A DNA stretch of 32,000 bases from Acinetobacter wanghuae (GTDB lineage Bacteria > Pseudomonadota > Gammaproteobacteria > Pseudomonadales > Moraxellaceae), in the NCBI RefSeq assembly GCF_009557235.1, contig NZ_CP045650.1:1440001-1472000 (forward strand), read 5' to 3'. Below the pieces are notes generated by a model. The model ran no database searches and had not been told where the DNA came from. It saw only the letters and a program-made list of their open reading frames with translations. The translations under genes were made by a program, and so were the position numbers. How positions within the stretch are numbered: position 1 is the first letter of the stretch; each line of letters opens with the position of its first letter. This document shows, piece by piece, positions 1-6,716 of this stretch.

Positions 1-2
1 CA

Positions 3-437
3 GGACTCTTTTTCATCGTATTTGCTTTTTCTATGATGAGCTTAAGACCAATTACCGGCAAAATTTACGATCAAAAAGGTCCACAATATGTGATTTATCC
101 AGCACTGATTGCCTTTAGTATTGGCTTGTTTATTTTAAGTCAAATTGAAACTTTGACAGGCTTCTTGATTGCAGCCGTGTTTATTGGTTTGGGCTTTGGT
201 AGTGCACAGCCGTGTATTCAAACCCTTGCATTACAACGTGCACCCAAACATCGAATTGGACATGCTACATCGACTTTCTATACGCTATATGATTTGGGTA
301 TTGCGATTGGTTCAACGGTGGTCGGGCTCATGATTGCAGCACAAAGTTATAGTTTTGCTTATATTTGCTGTGGCATTCTAAGTTTAATCAGTGTCTTCTA
401 CTTTAAGTTCTTTGTGCAAGCACGTCCTGCGACCTAG
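3..437 (+). CDS. MFS transporter, C-terminal fragment (gene begins upstream of the window)
   Basis: The reading frame is open from base 3, with no stop before the ATG at 33. The sequence is hydrophobic and TM-rich. Its C-terminus aligns by eye with that of the MFS at 22292-23494 (GLGFGSAQP vs GLGYGNVQS; ATSTF in both). Confidence 0.75.
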   Translation, partial: GLFFIVFAFSMMSLRPITGKIYDQKGPQYVIYPALIAFSIGLFILSQIETLTGFLIAAVFIGLGFGSAQPCIQTLALQRAPKHRIGHATSTFYTLYDLGIAIGSTVVGLMIAAQSYSFAYICCGILSLISVFYFKFFVQARPAT

Positions 438-460
438 TCTAAACCACCTTAAAATGATAA

Positions 461-487
461 AAGGGACGCGATGCGTCCCTTTTATTT
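461..487. terminator. Bidirectional intrinsic terminator between convergent genes
   Basis: GGGACGC (463-469) and GCGTCCC (473-479) form a stem around a 3-nt loop. A-rich sequence lies upstream and TTTTATTT downstream. It sits between the MFS stop (437) and the pilU-like stop (486). Confidence 0.75.
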
Positions 488-1679
488 AAGCAGATTCTTG
501 GTTTTCGTCTTCGTTTTCTTCTTTTTTAGGTTCTTCATACATCGTAAAGGCGGTCGCTGCTGCATCTTGCGAAGCATGCCTTCTTTGCCCTTTGAGTTTG
601 ATCTGCAACCTTAATTCATTGGTCGAATCGGCATTGCGTAAGGCTTCTTCATAAGAAATTGCACCTTCGTTATATAAATCAAAGAGTGCCTGATCAAAGG
701 TTTGCATGCCCAATTCACGTGACTTTGACATAATACCTTTTAGCTCATGGAATTCGCCTTTGAGAATTAAATCTGAAATAAGGGGGGTATTCAGCATAAT
801 TTCAATAGCAGCACGACGCCCTTGGCCATCTTCTGTCCGAATTAAACGCTGTGAAATAATCGCTTTCATATTCGATGATAAATCCATCAATAATTGATTA
901 CGGCGTTCCTCTGGGAAAAAGTTAATAATCCGATCAAGAGTTTGATTTGCATTATTTGAGTGTAGCGTTCCTAAACATAAATGGCCCGTTTCAGCAAAAG
1001 CAATTGCATGTTCCATGGTTTCAGTATCGCGAATCTCACCAATCAAGATCACGTCAGGTGCTTGACGTAAGGTGTTTTTCAGTGCGTTATGCCATGAATG
1101 ACAATCGACGCCCACTTCACGATGCGTAATCATCGACTTTTTGTGTTTATGTACGTATTCGACTGGATCTTCAACGGTAATAATATGTCCTGCTGAATTT
1201 TCATTACGGTAGTCGATCATGGCAGCCAGTGAGGTTGATTTACCTGAACCCGTGCCACCGACAACAAGTACTAACCCACGTTTTTCCATAATTACGGATT
1301 TAAGTGACTCTGGAAGTTTAAGTTTTTGAAAATTTGGAATTTCTGCAGTAATGGTTCGAATCACCATGCCTACATTCAACTGTTGTTGAAACACATTCAC
1401 GCGAAAACGCGATACACCGGGAACGGTAATCGCAAAATTACACTCAAGCTCTGTTTCGAATTCTTTACGTTGCCGTTCATTCATTAAACCATAGGCAAAT
1501 AGCTTGGTTTTCTCCGCGGTCAATGTCTGTTGCCCGAAAGGTTTCATCAAACCTTGATGCTTAATACTGGGTGGAAAATCAGCCGTGATAAACAGATCCG
1601 AACCGCCGTATTCAACCACTTTGGTTAGCATATGATGCATAAAGCGTTGTGCTTCTTCTAATAGTTCTGCTGTAAACAT
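486..1679 (-). CDS. pilU: PilT/PilU-family type IV pilus retraction-type ATPase (PilU-like)
   Basis: Walker A GGTGSGKST and Walker B DVILIGEIRD are present, with the His-box region GHLCLGTLHSNNA. The C-terminal NTPLISDLILKGE segment resembles PilU rather than the PilT AIRNLIRE motif. Similarity to P. aeruginosa PilU runs the full length, from memory. Confidence 0.85.
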   Translation of the reverse strand: MFTAELLEEAQRFMHHMLTKVVEYGGSDLFITADFPPSIKHQGLMKPFGQQTLTAEKTKLFAYGLMNERQRKEFETELECNFAITVPGVSRFRVNVFQQQLNVGMVIRTITAEIPNFQKLKLPESLKSVIMEKRGLVLVVGGTGSGKSTSLAAMIDYRNENSAGHIITVEDPVEYVHKHKKSMITHREVGVDCHSWHNALKNTLRQAPDVILIGEIRDTETMEHAIAFAETGHLCLGTLHSNNANQTLDRIINFFPEERRNQLLMDLSSNMKAIISQRLIRTEDGQGRRAAIEIMLNTPLISDLILKGEFHELKGIMSKSRELGMQTFDQALFDLYNEGAISYEEALRNADSTNELRLQIKLKGQRRHASQDAAATAFTMYEEPKKEENEDENQESA

Positions 1680-1880
1680 GATTTATCCTTTTCATCTGCA
1701 CATCCTAGACGCTCAAATACATGAGTAATCTATGGAAATATCTTATTTATTTCATTGTGCAGGGTTTTAGTAAAACAGACAAATAGAATTGATTTATAAA
1801 GAAAATAATTTATTTTAAATGTGAATTAGATCAAGTAATGAAGGCATTTATTGTTGTTTATCTTATTTTTTTATGGGCAC

Positions 1881-1920
1881 AAAAAGGCTTTCCTCAGCAT
1901 GTCCCCAAGGAAAGCCATTT
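1881..1920 (-). terminator. Intrinsic terminator downstream of the DAHP synthase gene
   Basis: GGCTTTCC (1886-1893) pairs with GGAAAGCC (1909-1916). On the minus strand the hairpin is followed by a U-run (A-run 1881-1885 on plus). Confidence 0.7.
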
Positions 1921-1927
1921 TAACATG

Positions 1928-2977
1928 TTACGCACTACGTTTTAATGCTGTAACACGAAGTAAATCTGCGGTATCGAGCAGTAAAGTTTTAGTTTTTTCC
2001 CAACCTAAACAGCCATCTGTGACAGATTGACCATATGTCATATTGTTTGATATTTTTTGATTGCCATCAACCAAATGACTTTCTAGCATCACACCGCGTA
2101 CATTGCTGTGTGACCGTTCAGCCACAATGCGTGCCAATACTTCTGGCTGCTGCATTGGATCTTTCGCACTATTGCCATGGCTGCAATCAATCACTAATGC
2201 AGGTAATTCCATTTGAGATTTTACCTTGATCTTTTCAATTTCAGCTAAGGCGTAGTTGGGTCCGGTATTTGAACCACGTAAAATTAAATGTGCCTTCGGA
2301 TTACCTGCCGAATTTAAAATACTCGGTAAACCTGATTGGCTCAGACCCATGAATTGATGGGAATGTGAAGCAGATTGAATCGCATCAAGTGCAATTTGAA
2401 TCGAACCATCCGTACCATTTTTGAAGCCAATGCTGTATGGCATATGGCTTGAAATTTCACGGTGAATTTGTGATTCACTGGTACGCGCGCCAATCGCCCC
2501 CCAACTTAATAAATCATCGAAATATGCAGTTGCCATTGGACTTAGAATTTCTGAGGAAATTGGTAAACCCATTTCAATAATTTTTAGGTACAAGGCACGT
2601 GAACGTTCTAGCCCTAATTGCATATCTGAAGAACCATCTAGATTTGGATCGTAAAGGAAACCTTTCCAGCCAACGGTTGTACGCGGTTTTTCAATATATG
2701 CACGCATCACCAATAAGATTTGATCAGATACGTCATGTTGTAATTGTTTTAATTTTTCTGCGTATTCAAGTGCGGATTTTTCATCATGAATGGAGCATGG
2801 ACCTGTAATCACCAACAGGCGATGATCTTTGCCATCTAAAATATCTTGGATGCTTTGTCGTTGATGAGCAATGTGTTGCGCCAATTGCGGAGACAGTGGC
2901 AATTGTGCTTTCAACTGCTCTGGTACAGCTAATGTGATTTCTGTTTGATTTTGTTTTGAAGTATTTACAGTGTTCAT
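1928..2977 (-). CDS. 3-deoxy-7-phosphoheptulonate (DAHP) synthase, class I, divergent paralog
   Basis: GPCSIHD, EKPRTTVGWKG, GARTSESQIHRE, GFKNGTDG and CSHGNS motifs are present. An AGGA-type RBS lies upstream of the ATG at 2977. It is clearly more divergent from E. coli AroF/G/H than the copy at 28400. Confidence 0.9.
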   Translation of the reverse strand: MNTVNTSKQNQTEITLAVPEQLKAQLPLSPQLAQHIAHQRQSIQDILDGKDHRLLVITGPCSIHDEKSALEYAEKLKQLQHDVSDQILLVMRAYIEKPRTTVGWKGFLYDPNLDGSSDMQLGLERSRALYLKIIEMGLPISSEILSPMATAYFDDLLSWGAIGARTSESQIHREISSHMPYSIGFKNGTDGSIQIALDAIQSASHSHQFMGLSQSGLPSILNSAGNPKAHLILRGSNTGPNYALAEIEKIKVKSQMELPALVIDCSHGNSAKDPMQQPEVLARIVAERSHSNVRGVMLESHLVDGNQKISNNMTYGQSVTDGCLGWEKTKTLLLDTADLLRVTALKRSA

Positions 2978-3016
2978 GTCTTTCTTTCCTTGGGACTGAT
3001 CATACAGTCCATACTT

Positions 3017-3121
3017 TTATTTGAGCGTTATGGGTCTTTGTAGCTGCATTGCGAGGTTCATCACCTTGTTAAAGTAAGACCAATAAAAGTTGCTAAAATA
3101 AAAGTAGTTAAAAGTTGTCAT
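3017..3121 (-). CDS. Candidate second leader peptide, 34 aa, aromatic-rich (MTTFNYFYFSNFYWSYFNKVMNLAMQLQRPITLK)
   Basis: The ATG at 3121-3119 is preceded by GGAG with a 6-nt spacer. Ten of residues 4-17 are Phe, Tyr or Trp. The stop lies 40 nt upstream of the DAHP synthase ATG. A GGACUG/CAGUCC hairpin (3010-2993) sits just 5' of the DAHP synthase RBS. Confidence 0.45.
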   Translation of the reverse strand: MTTFNYFYFSNFYWSYFNKVMNLAMQLQRPITLK

Positions 3122-3157
3122 GGCTGTCTCCAAAAAATATTTATAAATCACATGCAT

Positions 3158-3188
3158 AAAAAAACCTGACCAGGGTTGCCGATCAGGT
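3158..3188 (-). terminator. Attenuator terminator (8-bp stem plus U-tract) in the DAHP synthase leader
   Basis: On the minus strand, ACCUGAUC (3188-3181) pairs with GGUCAGGU (3171-3164), including one G.U pair, around a 9-nt loop. Six more U residues follow the stem (3163-3158). Confidence 0.65.
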
Positions 3189-3234
3189 ATTAACTTGGTG
3201 GGCAACCTTTTCTCTGCCCGAACACGTTCAGGCA
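3173..3234 (-). promoter_or_regulatory. Alternative leader RNA helices (anti-antiterminator and antiterminator) of the attenuator
   Basis: Minus-strand helices: UGCCUGAA/UUCGGGCA (3234-3215); GGGCA/UGCCC (3219-3215 with 3204-3200); GGUUGCC/GGCAACC (3207-3201 with 3180-3174). The last is mutually exclusive with the terminator: its 3' arm lies in the terminator loop, and the terminator 5' arm lies in its loop. Confidence 0.55.
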
Positions 3235-3235
3235 A

Positions 3236-3289
3236 CTATCTAAATTGCCAAAAATAATACGCGTTAGTTTGAAGTGATTGCTTTAACAT
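3236..3289 (-). CDS. Candidate attenuation leader peptide, 17 aa (MLKQSLQTNAYYFWQFR)
   Basis: The ORF runs from ATG 3289-3287 to TAG 3238-3236. It carries UAU UAU UUU UGG CAA UUU at 3259-3242. The stop codon directly abuts the first leader helix. Caveat: no convincing Shine-Dalgarno upstream. Confidence 0.55.
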   Translation of the reverse strand: MLKQSLQTNAYYFWQFR

Positions 3290-3322
3290 GTGAATTTGTT
3301 CAAATGGTTATCTCTAAAAAAT

Positions 3323-3351
3323 AAAATACGCTGTATTCGCAGCTTTGACAA
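3323..3351 (-). promoter_or_regulatory. Candidate sigma70 promoter for the leader and DAHP synthase transcript
   Basis: Minus strand: TTGTCA (3351-3346), a 17-nt spacer, then TATTTT (3328-3323). The predicted start is near 3316, about 27 nt upstream of the leader ATG. Such matches are easy to find in AT-rich DNA. Confidence 0.3.
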
Positions 3352-4041
3352 TAGTTTTATACAAAATATAAAACTATGAGTGATACAACTTTGCTTTATC
3401 AATGCTCATGACTTCTACTTAAGCTCATTCTGCTGCCGTATTCCATAACAACATCGATCTATTCGGCATCATGATTTCTAACAACTCAACTCTAAGTTTT
3501 TTTGGGCGAATTCGAGACTCATTTGCTGTTTAAATTTTTCTAAACAAAAAAGATGAGGCGATTTTAAACCTTTCTAAATTTAAGGTTTAACGCATATATT
3601 GCCAAACACAGCTGCTGATCAGAATTTTTACCGGATATTAAATGAATGAAATTTATCCATTTTTAGATAAATATGCTAAAAAATAAATATTTTACAAAAA
3701 GTTACAATCTATGTTTGTGTCATTTAAGTCAACACTAAAAACATTATTTTATAAATATCATTACTTTATATTATGATTAAAAGAACAAACCCACATAATT
3801 ACGCTATTCGTAATCCATTTATGTATTGAATAAAAATAAAGCCTCAGTATGATGAAAAAATAACTTGATCATACTTTCTTAGATTTCATATCAAGAAAGA
3901 ACTAAATGAATCATAAAAGTATTGGCAGATGGATCTGTCATCAAAAATGAAGATCTTTTTTAAACATAGATTCATCTGTTGAACTGTGAAATTGTTTAAA
4001 AATAGGCAATAGGATTGCTTAAAAAATAATGAGGATGTTGT

Positions 4042-5103
4042 ATGAATAAGCTAGCAAACCCTTTAGAGCTCTGTGGATTTGAATTTATCGAATTCGTGTC
4101 TCAAGATGGAGAACTAGATGCAATTTTTCAAACCATTGGTTTTAGTAAAGTCGCAAAACATAAATCTAAAAATGTGTATTTATGGCGCCAAGGTAATATC
4201 AATATCATTCTCAATTATCAGCCTGAATCTTATGCTGCGTTCTTCTTTAAAGAACATGGTCCTTCAGCATGTGCAATGGGTTTTAGAACCAAAGATGCAG
4301 CAAAAGCGTTTAATAAAGCCGTCGAATTTGGTGCAGAACCAATGTATTCGAAAATTGGCCCAATGGAACTGAATATCCCAGCCATTAAAGGGATTGGTGG
4401 CTCACCGATTTTCTTAGTCGATCGTGATATTTATCAAAGTGATTTTATTTTCTTTGATGATGTAGAACTCAATCCTGTCGGTGCGGGTTTAAAAGAAATC
4501 GATCATTTGACCCATAATGTCTATAAAGGTCGTATGCAATATTGGTCAGATTTCTATGAAAAAATCTTTAACTTCCAAGAAATTCGTTATTTCGATATTA
4601 AAGGTGAATATACGGGTTTAACCTCAAAAGCCTTAACTGCCCCGGATGGTAAAATTCGTATTCCATTGAATGAAGATTCCGACAAAGGAAATGGGCAAAT
4701 TGCAGAATTTCTCAATGAGTTTAATGGCGAAGGGATTCAGCACATTGCTTTTATTACCGATGATTTGATTGGCACATGGGATAAGTTAAAGGCTTTAGGT
4801 GCGCAATTTATGACGCCGCCGCCAAGCACCTATTATGATATGTTGCCTGAGCGTTTACCGAATCACGGTGAGCCGACAGAAGAATTGCAAAAACGTGGCA
4901 TTTTACTTGATGGCAATACCGAAGGCGAAGAAAAGCGTCTGCTGTTACAGATTTTCTCTCAAAATATGCTCGGTCCAGTATTCTTCGAGTTTATTCAACG
5001 TAAAGATGATGATGGTTTTGGTGAAGGTAACTTTAAAGCGCTGTTTGAATCAATTGAGCGCGATCAAATCAAACGTGGCGTACTTGATATTTCCAACGCT
5101 TAA
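4042..5103 (+). CDS. hppD: 4-hydroxyphenylpyruvate dioxygenase
   Basis: The length is about 350 aa with two VOC/glyoxalase-like halves. Motifs: EFIEF N-terminus, [15 protein letters not shown], and FFEFIQR...[15 protein letters not shown] at the C-terminus. An RBS GAGGA lies upstream. Confidence 0.9.
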   Translation: MNKLANPLELCGFEFIEFVSQDGELDAIFQTIGFSKVAKHKSKNVYLWRQGNINIILNYQPESYAAFFFKEHGPSACAMGFRTKDAAKAFNKAVEFGAEPMYSKIGPMELNIPAIKGIGGSPIFLVDRDIYQSDFIFFDDVELNPVGAGLKEIDHLTHNVYKGRMQYWSDFYEKIFNFQEIRYFDIKGEYTGLTSKALTAPDGKIRIPLNEDSDKGNGQIAEFLNEFNGEGIQHIAFITDDLIGTWDKLKALGAQFMTPPPSTYYDMLPERLPNHGEPTEELQKRGILLDGNTEGEEKRLLLQIFSQNMLGPVFFEFIQRKDDDGFGEGNFKALFESIERDQIKRGVLDISNA

Positions 5104-5136
5104 TCCTGTTTTAATCTCTTAAATTATACGACCTTC

Positions 5137-5163
5137 AATGTGCATACGCTCTGTATGCGCATT
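5137..5163 (+). other. Stable 11-bp hairpin between hppD and aroP (no U-tract)
   Basis: AATGTGCATAC (5137-5147) pairs with GTATGCGCATT (5153-5163), including one G.U pair, around a 5-nt loop. No T-run follows, so it could be a partial terminator or an mRNA-stabilising or processing element. Confidence 0.4.
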
Positions 5164-5273
5164 GGATGGTTGCATCTGATGAATTGCCTTTTACTAATTT
5201 TTGATTGTGTGTCGATGAATAAAAATAACAAAGAAAATTCATTCATCTTCAAAATAAGCACGATCCAACATGG

Positions 5274-6686
5274 ATGATGATAAAAATGCAGCAGATAGAA
5301 CAAGGAAACCTGAAAAAAGGTTTAAGTAATCGACATATTCAATTGATTGCCCTCGGTGGTTCAATCGGTACTGGACTCTTTCTCGGTATTGCACAGACCA
5401 TTAAATTGGCAGGTCCGTCGGTTATTTTAGGTTATGCCATTGCCGGTTTAATTGCTTTTTTAATGATGCGCCAACTCGGTGAAATGATTGTTGAAGAACC
5501 TGTAAGTGGTTCATTTAGCCATTTTGCTTATAAATACTGGGGCAAATTTGCCGGTTTTATGTCGGGATGGAACTATTGGGTCTTAAACATTTTAGTATGT
5601 ATGGCAGAACTCAGTGCTATCGGACTTTATATTCACTATTGGTGGCCTGAAATCCCGACATGGGTTTCTGCACTCGGCTTCTTTATTTTCATTAATGTGA
5701 TTAATTTACTTCACGTTAAATTATTTGGTGAAATGGAATTTTGGCTCGCGATTATTAAAGTTGTGGCAATTATTGCCATGATTGCCTTTGGTAGTTATTT
5801 ATTGGCCAGTGGTAGCGGTGGCACACAGTCAAGTCTACAAAACCTATGGGAGTTAGGTGGCTTCTTCCCGAATGGTGTGATGGGTTTGGTCATGGCAATG
5901 GCGATGATCATGTTTGCCTTTGGCGGTATTGAACTAGTCGGCATTGCAGCTGCGGAAACTGAAAACCCGCAAAAAACTTTACCGAAAGCAGTGAACCAAA
6001 TTGTATACCGCGTTCTACTCTTCTATATCTTAAGTTTAGTGATTATTTTGTCGCTTTATCCATGGAACCAAATGGCACAAGGTGGTAGTCCTTTTGTCAT
6101 GATCTTTGATTCTTTGGGCAGTCAAACCGTTGCGACCATTTTAAACTTTGTGGTACTGACGGCTGCGGTCTCTGTATATAACAGTACGAATTATTGTACC
6201 AGTCGCATGCTGCTCGGCTTGGCACAACAAGGCAATGCACCGAAATTTTTAAGTAAAATTAATCTGCGTGGTATTCCAGTGAATGCCGTAATGGTATCGG
6301 CATTCTTTACTTTAATTTGTGTGTTAATCAATTACTTATTTCCAGAAAAAGCCTTTAGCTTACTGATGATGCTGGTTGTTGCCGCGATTGTGATTAATTG
6401 GGTCGTCATTTCTTATACCCATTTAAAGTTTAAAAAACATATGCATGCAACGCAGACCCCAACGCTATTTCCAAGTATTGCCTATCCGTTTAGTAACTAC
6501 CTCTGCATTATTTTTATGTTTGGCATTTTAGTCATTATGAGCCAAACACCAGGTATGCGCGTTGCGGTGATGATGCTTCCGATCTGGATTTCTATTTTAA
6601 CGATTGCTTATTTTTTCAAAAATCGCAAAATAACGAACACCAAATTGGCATTAAAAGATAAGATACAATCAGTTCCAAAGGCTTGA
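5274..6686 (+). CDS. aroP: Aromatic amino acid:H+ symporter (APC family, AroP-like)
   Basis: Similarity to E. coli AroP is near-colinear, from memory (NRHIQLIALGGSIGTGLFLG, GEMIVEEPVSGSFSHFAYKYWG, FGEMEFW). It has 12 hydrophobic segments. The start could be any of the ATGs at 5274, 5277 or 5286. Confidence 0.88.
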   Translation: MMIKMQQIEQGNLKKGLSNRHIQLIALGGSIGTGLFLGIAQTIKLAGPSVILGYAIAGLIAFLMMRQLGEMIVEEPVSGSFSHFAYKYWGKFAGFMSGWNYWVLNILVCMAELSAIGLYIHYWWPEIPTWVSALGFFIFINVINLLHVKLFGEMEFWLAIIKVVAIIAMIAFGSYLLASGSGGTQSSLQNLWELGGFFPNGVMGLVMAMAMIMFAFGGIELVGIAAAETENPQKTLPKAVNQIVYRVLLFYILSLVIILSLYPWNQMAQGGSPFVMIFDSLGSQTVATILNFVVLTAAVSVYNSTNYCTSRMLLGLAQQGNAPKFLSKINLRGIPVNAVMVSAFFTLICVLINYLFPEKAFSLLMMLVVAAIVINWVVISYTHLKFKKHMHATQTPTLFPSIAYPFSNYLCIIFMFGILVIMSQTPGMRVAVMMLPIWISILTIAYFFKNRKITNTKLALKDKIQSVPKA

Positions 6687-6716
6687 TTTGTTTAATATAT
6701 AACGAAGGATGCATTC

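Noticed and set aside
706-1129. Plus-strand ORFs 706-897 and 947-1129 inside the pilU-like gene.
   Set aside because: Shadow ORFs antisense to a conserved ATPase gene, with no motifs.
2035-2808. Plus-strand ORFs 2035-2229 and 2599-2808 inside the DAHP synthase gene.
   Set aside because: Shadow ORFs antisense to a well-supported CDS.
3173-3215. The plus-strand reading of the GGTTGCC…GGCAACC hairpin followed by TTTTCTCT, taken as a terminator.
   Set aside because: There is no plus-strand gene upstream, only antisense to the DAHP synthase. On the minus strand the same helix fits as the antiterminator of a better terminator.
3017-3235. The 72-aa minus-strand ORF from the ORF track, read as a single protein gene.
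   Set aside because: It starts at a TTG and runs straight through the terminator hairpin and U-tract, with no coherent protein character. The region is better explained as two separate short leader ORFs (3289-3236 in another frame, and 3121-3017) plus RNA structure.
3352-4041. A search for TyrR/PhhR-type boxes (TGTAAA-N6-TTTACA) upstream of hppD and the DAHP synthase.
   Set aside because: Only weak half-site resemblances were found (for example TTTACAAAAAGTTACA near 3687-3702 and TGTGAAATTGTTTAAA near 3985-4000). None is close enough to call without a scoring matrix.
4118-5122. Alternative-frame plus-strand ORFs 4118-4372 and 4835-5122 overlapping hppD.
   Set aside because: They lie on the same strand as the HppD frame but out of frame with it, and the HppD frame carries all the conserved motifs.
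5179-5277. A 32-codon upstream ORF ending in an ATGA-type overlap with the aroP start, considered as a possible leader peptide.
   Set aside because: It has no Shine-Dalgarno, no enrichment for any regulatory amino acid, and no associated alternative RNA helices.
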